DNA of 64,000 nt, from positions 96,001 through 160,000 of the forward strand of contig JAXGPF010000013.1 of NCBI GenBank assembly GCA_040767085.1, read 5' to 3'. This DNA is from Kiritimatiellia bacterium (GTDB lineage Bacteria > Verrucomicrobiota > Kiritimatiellia > JAAZAB01). Below are positions 29,590 to 39,566 of this stretch, one piece after another; the first letter of the stretch is position 1, and the number at the start of each line of letters is the position of its first letter. A program made the translations under genes and the position numbers. Under the pieces are notes generated by a model. The model was not told the origin of the DNA. It made no database searches and was given only the letters and a program-made list of their open reading frames with translations.

Positions 29590-30237
29590 ATGATCGCCAT
29601 GCCCGAACAGCCGCCCGCCGTGGACCCTGTTGTGCCGGTGAAACGTCCTCCATTCAACGAGGTTTCGGTGCTGTTCCCGATCCTTGCTTTGTGCACTGTG
29701 GCATACCTGGCCATGGTCGCGTCTGAATTCTTCCTGCAAGGCGCCTTGCGGACGCCGGCCCTGATGTTGCCGGTTTACATCGCCTTGCTGGGCGCCTATG
29801 CCGCGGACAAGGAAATTCGGCGCTGGGTTGGCACGCCCGAGCCGCCCCGCCAGGGCTCGCTGTTTGTCTATGCCTGGTTGCTGCTGTTTTTAGTCATGGT
29901 GATAATAAATTATTTCCGGGCTGATTTCCCATTGCCCGGCGATTTGGGCAAGGTGGTGCTGCAAGTGCTGGGCATTTTCTTTGGATCCAAGACTTCCAAA
30001 TATGTCCATGAACGGCGTCTGGATACTGTCACGGACGATCCCGAGGCTCAGTCCAGGCTGATGGAGCGGCTGCGGGCTGCGGGCAAATTGACGCGGTCGG
30101 ACGCCATGGCGCTTTTAGGCATATCCAAGAGCACTGCCAACCGGCTGTTGGCGCGCATGCAGGAGCAGGGGCTGATCCGGCTGGTGGGCGAAGGCCGCGG
30201 GGCGCATTATATTGCCATCCCGGAACTTGACCCTTGA
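29590..30237 (+). CDS. Membrane protein (about 4 TM) with C-terminal winged HTH
   Basis: Hydrophobic N-terminal half; LTRSDAMALLGISKSTANRLL..GLIRLVGEGRGAHY; GGAG upstream; stop codon lies in the MITE B end. Confidence 0.7.
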   Translation: MIAMPEQPPAVDPVVPVKRPPFNEVSVLFPILALCTVAYLAMVASEFFLQGALRTPALMLPVYIALLGAYAADKEIRRWVGTPEPPRQGSLFVYAWLLLFLVMVIINYFRADFPLPGDLGKVVLQVLGIFFGSKTSKYVHERRLDTVTDDPEAQSRLMERLRAAGKLTRSDAMALLGISKSTANRLLARMQEQGLIRLVGEGRGAHYIAIPELDP

Positions 30238-30543
30238 ATTTTGCACGAATATTGGTGTTGAATTGATTTGAAGCAATTAACGAGCGTGCAAATTAAAATT
30301 TGCACAGTTATTTGTTATCACCCATATGGTTAAATAAGCACGGTTTCCAGAAACACCAATATTCATCGGCAGCCGGCCGCGCGATTTTGGCGCAGGGCTT
30401 TGTTGCTCGGGGTCCCGCTTCGCGGGATAAATCCCGCTCCGTGGGATAAACTTTGCGGCTTGTCCCGCTTTGCGGGATATACTTATACAGCGGCACCCCT
30501 CGCGCCGCGCCCTGCGCCAAACTTACGCGGTGCAAAATTCAGG
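30233..30543. mobile_element. MITE family B, copy 1 (311 bp) with three mini-hairpin insertions
   Basis: TIR CTTGAATTTTGCAC/GTGCAAAATTCAGG; colinear with 54734-54986 plus inserts 30413-30431, 30432-30450 and 30459-30477. Confidence 0.85.
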
Positions 30544-30583
30544 TGGCGAAATCCAAAACGCCCCGCTGGCTTGAAACGTTTCT

Positions 30584-30644
30584 GGGGCGTTTTGGGGCGT
30601 TAATGGGGCGTTTTGAGCCGTTCCCGGGGCGTTTCTGGGGCGTT
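30584..30644. repeat. Helically phased GGGGCGTT direct repeats
   Basis: Copies at 30584, 30594, 30605, 30615 (degenerate), 30626 and 30637. Confidence 0.75.
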
Positions 30645-30871
30645 TATTTGTCAACGCCGGTTTGCCTTCCGCCGGTTTGAACATACCCCTTTGCTTAAAC
30701 CTGTTCCAAACCGCAGTGCCGTTGGCGTCGTTCAAAGGCGCCGCCGCCAGAAAAAGGCAATGGACATCAGGCGTCTAAAGTGATAATTAATTATGGGAAT
30801 TTCGGCGCGGGTGCAGTTGAAGTAGCATCCCATAGAAAACCGCTTGATTCTCTCACAAAGCCGCAAAGAAG

Positions 30872-31378
30872 ATGCGGATAACGGCATATATCGGCTCAGT
30901 TGCAGTCGTTCCAGATAATTTTGAGGAAGCCTACGTTAGCCAACACGTTGCGTGCTGCCGACTCCTTCCTGGGGTGGCCAATCACAAGTGGCTCGGCTAC
31001 GTTCTCCTTTCCCCGATCGGGCAAACCCATGGATCTCTCTGCATGTATGGCGGGACGAAACAAGGCCTCTCGCTCGATGATGTGAAGAACTACCTGCTGC
31101 TCCTCCCGCCACACCATGAACAGAGCGCACTTGTGATGAGGATCGAGAATGAAACCGCACGCCTCGACACCGCCCTTTCCCGCGCCACCCGCCAGATCGC
31201 CCTCATGCGCGAGTACCGGACCCGTCTGATTGCCGACGTTGTCACGGGGAAGGTGGACGTGAGAGCTGTCGCCGCCACGCTGCCGGATCTGCCGCCGGAA
31301 TCGCCATTCGCTCCGCCCTCAGAGTCCACCCCGTCCGACGATCCACAAGAGGAGGCCGCCGATGACGTCGAAGCGTAA
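30872..31378 (+). pseudogene. hsdS: Type I restriction-modification specificity subunit, C-terminal fragment
   Basis: GSVAVV..VSQHVA..GGTKQGLS..LPPHHEQ..EYRTRLIADVVTGKVDVR; N-terminal part missing. Confidence 0.8.
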
Positions 31379-31887
31379 CACGCGGCCGGAATGCCGGGCG
31401 GCGCGCGAAACGCCCGCCTTCTATGGCGGGCCGGGCGGCGAGATCGTGCTGTACCGCGCTCCGGACGGGACGGTGTCGCTTGACGTGCGGCTGGAGCGGG
31501 AGACGGTCTGGCTGGACGCAGAAGCAGATGTCTGAGTTGTTCGCCACCGAGCGCAGTGTGATCACCAAGCACTTGCGCAACATCTTCCAATCCGGAGAGT
31601 TGGATCGCGGTTCAGTATGTGCATTTTTTGCACATACTGCCGCCGACGGAAAGACCTACCAGGTGGAGTTCTACAACCTTGATGCGGCGATCTCAGTCGG
31701 CTACCGCGTCAACTCCAAGCGCGGCACCCAGTTCCGCCTCTGGGTCACGCGGGTGTTGCGCGACCACATTCTCGCCTGCCTTGCCGACCATATGGAACTC
31801 TTTAAACAGTTCCAGGACAACGAGAGTTTTTGCAAGTGGCTCAGCGATTCGATCTTTGCCGCCACATATCGGAAGTCGGCGAGTTAA
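31362..31887 (+). pseudogene. Frameshifted RhuM-like fragment fused to an HsdR-like C-terminal tail
   Basis: GEIVLY..VRLERETVWL / TQKQMSELF..YNLDAAISVGYRVNSKRGTQFR (frameshift near 31515), followed by DHMELFKQFQDNESFCKWL. Confidence 0.7.
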
Positions 31888-31956
31888 CTGCGAGGAGCCG
31901 ATCCGACAGGGCGATCCCCAGAATCATCTGCAGCGCGGCGTTCGTATAACACCCGT

Positions 31957-33732
31957 TCAGTCCACCACGACGGTGGCCTGGTCATACAGGATTGTGCCGC
32001 TCAGGTCCAGGATGCCGTCCATGGGGTAATCAATGGCGAACCAGAAGTCATAGGCGCCGCTGGGCAGACGAAATCCGTCTAATACCTTTGTGGCGGGCAG
32101 GTCGCCCAGCGGCCCCTGGTAAACCGGCTGGCAGAACGCCAAATTACCGTCAAAAGGCGTCCATTGCATGGCGCTGTTCAAGTAAAACCATGCGCCGGAA
32201 TGTGCGTAGGCCACAACCCACCAGTCAACTTCCACGCCGGCATATGGCCCTGTATTCATCATCTGAACGGCGATCGTAACGGCATCGCCGCTGCCAAGAC
32301 GCACCTCGCCCATCAGTTCGTTGGCGGTGATCAGCGGGCCGGCGGTCGGGGGCGTGGCGGGAACACCAGCCAGGTGCGCGACCGTTCCGACTGAGGCCCG
32401 GACGAGGTCGGTGAAATACTCCATGTTCATATGGGCCAGCGTGTCCTGGTTGGTATGATAGTAAGGATTGAAGTCGGAATCGCTTTCTATGAGCAGCACG
32501 CCGGGGTATCCCTTCTGCCAGAAGCTGTAATGGTCGCTCGCTTCGACGCCGTCCGACACGATTCCCAGGGTCAGCCTGTCATCCAGGCCGTAGTTGGCGA
32601 GCACGTTCTCGAACGTGGTCGCCACGGCCATGTCCGCCGCATAACCGGGCGCGGTCGCCAGGCGGGTGTGGAGGCTCAAATCGCGGGAGGCGCGCGAGCT
32701 ATAGGCGATCATGTCCATGTTGAACACGGTGACGTTAGTTTCGCCCGCATCCTGGAGGGTCTGGGCATACGCCGCGGAGCCCAGCAGCCCTTGCTCCTCG
32801 CCGCCGAAACAGACGAATTGGATAGTCCGTTCCGTGAAACACCCCTGCAGGATATTCGCTGCCGCCATGACTCCCACGCAGCCGCTGGCATTGTCATCCG
32901 CGCCGGGGGCGCGGGTCCCATCGTCAGGCATGTTGTCAATGTGGGCCGTGATGAGCACAATCTCGTTGGAGCGGGTGGTGCCCCGCTTGATTCCCACGAT
33001 ATTTTGTCCGCTGTAGGTCCCGTCGTTCAAACTCCAATCCTGGTATGAAACTTCCAGCCCCGCCGCCTGCATCTGTTCGTAAGCGAACTGGTTTGCCTTC
33101 CGTATGGGCGTGCCCGACGAAGTGCCGCGGGTCAGGATGGTGTAAGGTTCGCCGCCGATCATGGCCGGGACCGCCCCGGAGAGTTGCGCGGTAAGATTTG
33201 ACAGCGTGTCCTGGTACACCTGATGGATCAGGTTGGAGATGATAGGTTTGGCTATGGCGGCGTTGCGTGCCGGCGGAACGGAATCCGCCGGGCCCGCTGG
33301 CCATACCAGCGGCGTGTTGATTTGAACGATTGCCAGGCCCATCCCCATGAGCTCCGCCTTTTGCGCGGGGGAAGGCGTCACGATCAGCCGGCGGCCGTCG
33401 TCATACAAGGCGGCGATTTGCTTCCGACCCCGCGCCAGCGCGCCAGGCAGGCGCTCGATGGCCAGCGAGAGCGCGGCAATATCCGGGTTGTGCGCCAGCA
33501 CGGTGAAAGGCCATCCGGCCTGCTCCAGTTCGGCCGCGGTCGCCACGGCCAGAACATACTCACGTCCGCCGGCGTCGGACAAATGGGCATGGACCGGCAG
33601 TCCCAGCCGGTCCACCCGATCCATCGCCTCCACGCGCGCCAGCACGGCGTCCGGCCGCTGGCCCATAGCCGGGTAAACCGTCAGGATCATGGAAAGGCAA
33701 GCCAACAGCGGACCTAATCGGGCGGTTTTCAT
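31957..33732 (-). CDS. Secreted M28-family aminopeptidase with shared C-terminal domain
   Basis: Signal peptide; TAHID, GADDNASG, GEEQGLLGS, NMDMI, SDHYSF, YHT. Confidence 0.9.
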   Translation of the reverse strand: MKTARLGPLLACLSMILTVYPAMGQRPDAVLARVEAMDRVDRLGLPVHAHLSDAGGREYVLAVATAAELEQAGWPFTVLAHNPDIAALSLAIERLPGALARGRKQIAALYDDGRRLIVTPSPAQKAELMGMGLAIVQINTPLVWPAGPADSVPPARNAAIAKPIISNLIHQVYQDTLSNLTAQLSGAVPAMIGGEPYTILTRGTSSGTPIRKANQFAYEQMQAAGLEVSYQDWSLNDGTYSGQNIVGIKRGTTRSNEIVLITAHIDNMPDDGTRAPGADDNASGCVGVMAAANILQGCFTERTIQFVCFGGEEQGLLGSAAYAQTLQDAGETNVTVFNMDMIAYSSRASRDLSLHTRLATAPGYAADMAVATTFENVLANYGLDDRLTLGIVSDGVEASDHYSFWQKGYPGVLLIESDSDFNPYYHTNQDTLAHMNMEYFTDLVRASVGTVAHLAGVPATPPTAGPLITANELMGEVRLGSGDAVTIAVQMMNTGPYAGVEVDWWVVAYAHSGAWFYLNSAMQWTPFDGNLAFCQPVYQGPLGDLPATKVLDGFRLPSGAYDFWFAIDYPMDGILDLSGTILYDQATVVVD

Positions 33733-33774
33733 TTTTTCGATTCCTGTGTTTGGTCTGGTAATGGCAAATTCGCG

Positions 33775-35715
33775 TCAGACGAACCCGATGCGCTGGCAGT
33801 TAAGTTTTTCCTCGGGGATTTCGCGGATGAACCGCGAGGGCATGAAGAAATTCATGCCGCCGTCAAAAGACCGGCGGGTTTCGGGAGCGCACAGGGTCAG
33901 GTCGTCCTTCGCGCGGGTGACGGCGACGTAGAACAGGCGGCGCTCTTCCTCCTCGCCGTCGGCATCCTCCATGGAGCGCATGGAGGGAAACATGCCGTCG
34001 GCCGCCCAGATGATGAACACCGTTTGCCATTCCAGGCCCTTAGCCTGGTGCACGGTGCTCAGGCGCAGGCAATCGCGGTCCCGGCCGGCGGCGACGTCGT
34101 TTTCCGCGTCCACGTTGGTCACCAGCGCCACCTCGTTCAGAAAATCGGCGGTGGATTCGAAGTCGGCGGTGAAGAGAATCATCTCGCGGATATCGTCCAG
34201 GCGCCGCCGGGCATCCTCGTAGGTGTCCAGGGCGTATTTCTCGTAAAATGCCTTGACGAATAGTCCGATCGCTTCGCCCGGGTCGTCGGCGAGTGCTTCG
34301 TCGAAATATTTTTCCAGCACCGGCTGCACTGCCCGCCAGGGCGGGCGGGCGCCTTCCGGCAGCAGGTTGAGCAGCGCCGCGCGGGCGGCGGGATCCTTGA
34401 CCTCGCAGCGGTCGCCGAGTTTATGCCACAAGCGTTCGGCGGTCTTCGGCCCCACGCCGGGGAACATGCCCAGCAGGCGTTTGAAGGCCAGGATGTCGCT
34501 GGGATTGTGCAGGACGCGCAGGAAGGCGCAGGCATCCTTGATATGGGCTTGTTCGAAGAACCGCACGCCGGAGGTGACGATATAGGGGATATGTTCCCGC
34601 GCCAGCACCATTTGCAGTTCCATGGCGTGGTGGTGGGCGCGGTAAAGGATGGCCATGTCGCGCCAGGCGCCGCCGGCCTGGCGGCGCCGGCGCAACTGGT
34701 CCACGACATAGCGGGCCTGGTGGTCGCCGTCGCGCAGCAGGGCCAGCACCGGCTTGCGGTGCGCCGGCCGGGTAGGGCGGAGCACCTTGCTGAATTGCTT
34801 GGGATTGCCGGCAATGCAGCAGTTGGCCACTTCCAGGATTTCCGGAACGCTGCGGTAGTTGGTTTCCAGCTTGAACATTTTGGCGTCGGGATAGCGGTCG
34901 GGGAAGGACATGATATTGCGGTAATCCGCGCCGCGCCAGGCATAGATGCTCTGGAAATCGTCGCCCACCACCAGCAGGTTGCGATGCTGGGCGGCCAGCA
35001 GGTCCACCAATTCGGCCTGGACGGAATTGGTATCCTGGTATTCATCCACCATGGTGTACAGGAAGTGCTCGCGGTAATGCGCCAGCGCCGCCGGCTGCTC
35101 GTGGAAGAGTCGCAGGCTGTTGAGGAGCAGGTCGTCGAAATCCATCAGGTTTTGTTTGGTTTTTTTGTCTTGGTATCTGCGGTAAACCTTCAGCACGTCG
35201 GTTTCGTCCACCGGGTGGTTTTCAAAGCGCTCCCGGATCAGCTCCTCGATGACCAGGCGCCGGTTGGCGGCGGCGCTGAACAATGCCAGCAGGACTTCCG
35301 GCTTGGGGAATTCGCGGCTTTTCAACTTCAAATCGGCCAGGCATTCGCGCATGAGGGTGCGGCTGTCATCGGCGTCCAGGATGGTGAAATCGGCGGTGTA
35401 GCCGATGAGGTGGGCGGTGCGGCGCAGAATGCGGTTGGCCATGTGGTGGAAAGTGCCGCCCCACATCCCGCCCACGCCCTGGCTGACCAGGGCCTCGGCC
35501 CGCGCGAGCATTTCCTTGGCCGCGCGGTTGGTGAAAGTCAGCAGCAGCAGGCGGCGCGGGTCCGCGCCCCGGCTGAGCAGGTAGGCCACCCGGTAAACCA
35601 GGGTGCGGGTTTTGCCGGTGCCGGCGGCGGCCAGGATAAACAGGGGGCCATCCGGGGCGGTCACCGCGGCCAATTGTTCCGGGTTCAATTCGCGTTCGAA
35701 GTCAATTTGCGCCAT
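33775..35715 (-). CDS. UvrD/PcrA-family ATP-dependent DNA helicase
   Basis: AAAGTGKT, TFTNRAA, DEYQD, GDDFQSIY, NYRS, STVHQAKGLE, EERRLFYVAVTRA. Confidence 0.95.
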   Translation of the reverse strand: MAQIDFERELNPEQLAAVTAPDGPLFILAAAGTGKTRTLVYRVAYLLSRGADPRRLLLLTFTNRAAKEMLARAEALVSQGVGGMWGGTFHHMANRILRRTAHLIGYTADFTILDADDSRTLMRECLADLKLKSREFPKPEVLLALFSAAANRRLVIEELIRERFENHPVDETDVLKVYRRYQDKKTKQNLMDFDDLLLNSLRLFHEQPAALAHYREHFLYTMVDEYQDTNSVQAELVDLLAAQHRNLLVVGDDFQSIYAWRGADYRNIMSFPDRYPDAKMFKLETNYRSVPEILEVANCCIAGNPKQFSKVLRPTRPAHRKPVLALLRDGDHQARYVVDQLRRRRQAGGAWRDMAILYRAHHHAMELQMVLAREHIPYIVTSGVRFFEQAHIKDACAFLRVLHNPSDILAFKRLLGMFPGVGPKTAERLWHKLGDRCEVKDPAARAALLNLLPEGARPPWRAVQPVLEKYFDEALADDPGEAIGLFVKAFYEKYALDTYEDARRRLDDIREMILFTADFESTADFLNEVALVTNVDAENDVAAGRDRDCLRLSTVHQAKGLEWQTVFIIWAADGMFPSMRSMEDADGEEEERRLFYVAVTRAKDDLTLCAPETRRSFDGGMNFFMPSRFIREIPEEKLNCQRIGFV

Positions 35716-36559
35716 GGTCCCCCGCCACCGCCACCATGGCCAATTGCATGCGATCCGCCGCCTGGATCACTTTCTCGCGCTCCAGCAAAATTGTGCGGCC
35801 AGCTTCCACGGCCAGCGCGCCGGCGCCGGCTTTCTTGAGGATGGCCATGGTTTTCAGACCCACCACCGGGATATCGAAGCGCATGTCATGCCCTTGCTTG
35901 GCGACTTTCACCGCTACCAGGCCCAGGCCGCCCAGTTTGCCGGCTCGCAGCAAGGCGGCATCCGTGCCCTCAAACGCTTCGACGGCGAGGATGACGCCTT
36001 CCTTGACGGCCACCGTCTGGCCGATTTCCAGGCTGCTGATGGTTTTGGCCACGCGCAGACCCAGTTCAATATCGCTTTGTTCGCGCGCGGTCGGCGCGCG
36101 CGCGCTCAATTGGCCGGGCGCCGGCATGGCCTGCTCCATGAACAGCCAGGCCGGCAGCAAGGTCACCCCCGCGGTTTGCAACTCGGCGCTGACGGCGCCG
36201 AAAATAGTATGGGCATTGCGCGCCCGCAAGCCGGCCAGGATTTGCAGGGCCCGGCGGTCCGGGCGCAGGCGGAAAAGGCTGGTAGGGGTGATCTGGCCGG
36301 CCATCACCGCCTGGCGGATGCCGGCGCGGCGGAGCAATGTCAGCATGGCCTCCAGTTGGCCGAAATTCAGCCAGTGGACTTCATCCGCCAGTTTGGCGAT
36401 GGACGGATCGGTTTCTTTCTTGAAGGCCACGGCCACCAGGCGTTGGACTCCCTGGCGCCGGGCGGATTCCGCCAGCAGCAGCGGGTAGGCGCCGCGCCCG
36501 GCGATCAGGCCTAGCTGGTCGGGCAGGGCAATGCTGGGATTGAGTTTGCTGGCGGGCAT
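35702..36559 (-). CDS. lpxI: UDP-2,3-diacylglucosamine diphosphatase LpxI
   Basis: LIAGRGAYP, IGQTVAV, AVEAFEGTD, DMRFDIPVVG. Confidence 0.9.
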   Translation of the reverse strand: MPASKLNPSIALPDQLGLIAGRGAYPLLLAESARRQGVQRLVAVAFKKETDPSIAKLADEVHWLNFGQLEAMLTLLRRAGIRQAVMAGQITPTSLFRLRPDRRALQILAGLRARNAHTIFGAVSAELQTAGVTLLPAWLFMEQAMPAPGQLSARAPTAREQSDIELGLRVAKTISSLEIGQTVAVKEGVILAVEAFEGTDAALLRAGKLGGLGLVAVKVAKQGHDMRFDIPVVGLKTMAILKKAGAGALAVEAGRTILLEREKVIQAADRMQLAMVAVAGDHGAN

Positions 36560-36730
36560 GGCATGGCGCAGAGCGTGAATCCTGGTTGGGGTTAGTGAGG
36601 CCTCATCATACCATGCCAGGACTCCATGTCAATCCGCGGTTCTGCCGTGCGCCGGGAAAAGGATGAAGCAAAAGGTCATTTTAAAACCGGCGGAAGAAGA
36701 ATCGTTTCAAACCGGCGTTGACAGTCTTCG

Positions 36731-36756
36731 GTAGGGCGGGCAGTCCCTTGCCCGCC
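36731..36756. repeat. GTAG-tagged REP-like palindrome
   Basis: GTAG-GGCGGGCA-GTCCCT-TGCCCGCC. Confidence 0.6.
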
Positions 36757-36778
36757 TTGATTATCACGGCGCGGCGCG

Positions 36779-37162
36779 CTAGGCGCGGTCATCCGGCTGG
36801 CGGATCGGATTCTTCTCTTTACCGTGGCTGTATTTGATGATTTTGATCTTTTCCAGCGTGATCAATCCTCCGGATTGGGCCTCTTCAAAAAGGGCATCCA
36901 GCACGGGCAGGAAGCGGTTAATTTTTTCCTCCTCGTCGGAAATTTCGACAACAATGGGGAGGTCCGTCGAAAGATCAAGAATTTTGGCTGTTCGGATGCG
37001 GCTGTTACGGCCGAACCCCATCACACCTCTCCAGGCGGTTGCCCCCGCCAGCCCGAATTTTCGCGCTTCCTTGACGATCACTTCGTAGAGAGAGGTGTGA
37101 TTGACCTTGTCGGACTCGCCCAGAAAAATGCGCAAAAGTTTCGCATCTTCTTTCAACTCCAT
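36779..37162 (-). CDS. DUF190 (PII-like) protein
   Basis: LLRIFLGESD, GLAGAT..RGVMGFG, LSTDLPIVVE; directly downstream of crcB. Confidence 0.9.
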   Translation of the reverse strand: MELKEDAKLLRIFLGESDKVNHTSLYEVIVKEARKFGLAGATAWRGVMGFGRNSRIRTAKILDLSTDLPIVVEISDEEEKINRFLPVLDALFEEAQSGGLITLEKIKIIKYSHGKEKNPIRQPDDRA

Positions 37163-37563
37163 AATCCACCTCCGGTTTTAACGAGGATTCGCACAGCCAT
37201 GTCTCCGGCGATAAAAGCCAGCATGGAGAGCAGGAAAGTCCCGGCGGCGTAGATTGTTGCATACAGATATTCGCTGGCGCGCACCATTTCCGCGGTTTCA
37301 TAGATCATGGATGACATGGTGGTGAATCCCCCGCAGAACCCGGTGGCAAGGGCCAGGCGGATTTCCGGGGGCAGGGTGGCGCCGCGGGCCGAAAGTCCGG
37401 TGAGCATGCCGATCAACAGGCAGCCGAGGACGTTGGCTGCCAGGGTGCCGCAGGGCCAAGACAGCGCGAAGCGCTGCGTGGCGACACTCAACCCGTACCG
37501 GGCCGCCGATCCGGCAAAACCGCCCAAACCCACCAGCAGGGTCATGCCCCATGGATTTGTCAT
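37153..37563 (-). CDS. crcB: Fluoride efflux channel CrcB/FluC
   Basis: GGFAGSAARY, GTLAANVLG, TGFCGGFTTMS. Confidence 0.9.
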   Translation of the reverse strand: MTNPWGMTLLVGLGGFAGSAARYGLSVATQRFALSWPCGTLAANVLGCLLIGMLTGLSARGATLPPEIRLALATGFCGGFTTMSSMIYETAEMVRASEYLYATIYAAGTFLLSMLAFIAGDMAVRILVKTGGGLWS

Positions 37564-37616
37564 TGATTCTCCCGGCACCCGGCCGGCGCCGGCCCGCTTG
37601 CAGCAATATGCCCGAT

Positions 37617-37656
37617 TCCATGGCGGCATGATGGGTCAACAGCATGCCGCCATGGA
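37617..37656. terminator. 14-bp stem hairpin after glnA
   Basis: TCCATGGCGGCATG-N12-CATGCCGCCATGGA; no U tract. Confidence 0.5.
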
Positions 37657-37661
37657 GCGGC

Positions 37662-39086
37662 TCAGATGTCGTAGTACAGGGCGAATTCCCAGGGGTGGGG
37701 CCGCAAATCCAGCGCCATCACCTCGTTTTTCATCTTGTAGTTGATCCAGGTATCCACCACGTCCGGGGTGAAGACGTCGCCTTTCAACAGGTAATCCTGA
37801 TCGGCGGCCAGCGCCTTCAACGCCTCCCGCAGCGAGCCGGGCGTCTGCGGCACCTGGGCGGCTTCCTCTGGCGGCAAATCGTAAATATCCTTGTCCAGCG
37901 GCTCGCCGGGATGAATCTTGTTCAGGATGCCGTCCAGCGCCGCCATCAGGATTGCCGACATCGCCAGGTAGGGGTTGCAGCTTGGATCGGGACACCGGAA
38001 TTCGACGCGCTTGGCCTTGTCCGACGGCGAATACATCGGCAGGCGCACGGCCGCGCTGCGGTTGCGCCGCGAATAAGCCAGGTTGACCGGCGCCTCATAG
38101 CCCGGCACCAGCCGTTTGTAACTGTTGGTGGTCGGGCTGACGAACGCCAGGAGCGACGGCGCATGCTTGAGAATGCCGCCGATGGCGAACATCGCCATTT
38201 CCGACATGCCCGCGTAGCCGTCGCCGGCGAACAGGTTCCGATCGTTCTTCCAGAGCGACATGTGCACATGCATGCCGCTGCCATTGTCGTTAAAGAGCGG
38301 CTTGGGCATGAAAGTCGCCGTTTTGTTGTGGGCCAGCGCGACGTTCTTGATTACATATTTGTATTTCAAAAGGTTGTCGGCGATGTTCACCAGGGAATTG
38401 TAGCGCATGTCAATTTCGCATTGCCCGCCGGTGGCGACTTCGTGGTGCTGGGCTTCAATCGGCACGCCGATGCGTTCCAGGGTCAGCATCATCTCGCTGC
38501 GGATGTCCTGGAGGGTGTCGCTCGGGGGGACGGGAAAATAGCCTTCCTTGTAGCGCGTCTTGTAGCCCAGGTTGGGATTTTCCACGCGGCCGCTGTTCCA
38601 TTGACCTTCCACGGAATCCAGGTAGTAATAGCCTTCATGGGCATTCTGGTCGAAGCGGACATCGTCAAAAATGAAAAATTCCGCCTCCGGGCCGAAGTAA
38701 CCCGTGTCGGCGAGGCCGGTCCGGCGCAGGTAGGCTTCCGCCTTGCGGGCGATATTGCGCGGGTCCCGGGTGTAATCTTCGCCGGTGATGGGATCGCAGA
38801 TATTACAGATCATCACCAGGGTTTTGGCTTTGAAAAACGGGTCAATGAATGCCGTCTCGGATTGCGGTTTCACCAGCATGTCGGACTCGTTGATTGCCTG
38901 CCAGCCGCGGATGCTGGACCCGTCAAAGCCCAGCCCCCGTTCGAAAGTATCCTCGTCCACCGCCGCCGCCGGCACGGAAAAATGCTGCCAAAGTCCCGGA
39001 AAATCCATGAACCGGAAATCCACCACTTCAATCTGCTCGCGTTTAATCAAACTGACTACATCCGCGGGGTGCTTAATACCGTCCAT
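37662..39086 (-). CDS. glnA: Glutamine synthetase type I
   Basis: [48 protein letters not shown]. Confidence 0.97.
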   Translation of the reverse strand: MDGIKHPADVVSLIKREQIEVVDFRFMDFPGLWQHFSVPAAAVDEDTFERGLGFDGSSIRGWQAINESDMLVKPQSETAFIDPFFKAKTLVMICNICDPITGEDYTRDPRNIARKAEAYLRRTGLADTGYFGPEAEFFIFDDVRFDQNAHEGYYYLDSVEGQWNSGRVENPNLGYKTRYKEGYFPVPPSDTLQDIRSEMMLTLERIGVPIEAQHHEVATGGQCEIDMRYNSLVNIADNLLKYKYVIKNVALAHNKTATFMPKPLFNDNGSGMHVHMSLWKNDRNLFAGDGYAGMSEMAMFAIGGILKHAPSLLAFVSPTTNSYKRLVPGYEAPVNLAYSRRNRSAAVRLPMYSPSDKAKRVEFRCPDPSCNPYLAMSAILMAALDGILNKIHPGEPLDKDIYDLPPEEAAQVPQTPGSLREALKALAADQDYLLKGDVFTPDVVDTWINYKMKNEVMALDLRPHPWEFALYYDI

Positions 39087-39190
39087 TGTGGCTCCTGTAT
39101 AATTTGTTGATACCTGATTCCGATAAACCCCGGTCATGCAGCAATCTTGCATGCCTGACCAGAACGAACTCAAAACCAATTTCTTGTTTT

Positions 39191-39207
39191 AGCATTTATC
39201 GTGCCAA
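39191..39207 (-). promoter_or_regulatory. sigma54 -24/-12 promoter of glnA
   Basis: Minus strand TTGGCACGATAAATGCT (GG-N10-GC), about 105 bp upstream of the start. Confidence 0.8.
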
Positions 39208-39566
39208 GGTTGCTGAAATAATTCGAATTTATTTCAGAAGTCAGGTTTTGAAAGCAATATTCAGTAAGCACATCAGATGCCGAACGCCGTTCGGCTACTA
39301 CAGCAGATTCACTACGGAGACGCGGAGGCGCAGGGCAATCCGGTCTCGCCTGTGCTCCTCTGATCTCTGTGGTTAAATCCTTATCCGGCCGCCGGTTTCT
39401 GGCGAGGAGCAAAAAGTTAAAAAATTAAGGTTTTATGAACAACGGACACGGAACGCTTCTTAAAATACAAATATGTAATATCAAATCATCAATAGTACAA
39501 AAATGTAGTTGATGTTACGGAAGATGTCGAAAATGTGCGGAAATGAAAAAATGGGCGAATCGATTC

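Noticed and set aside
37564-37660. Fluoride riboswitch upstream of crcB
   Set aside because: No GGCGATGG..CTGATG consensus; only a plain hairpin after glnA.
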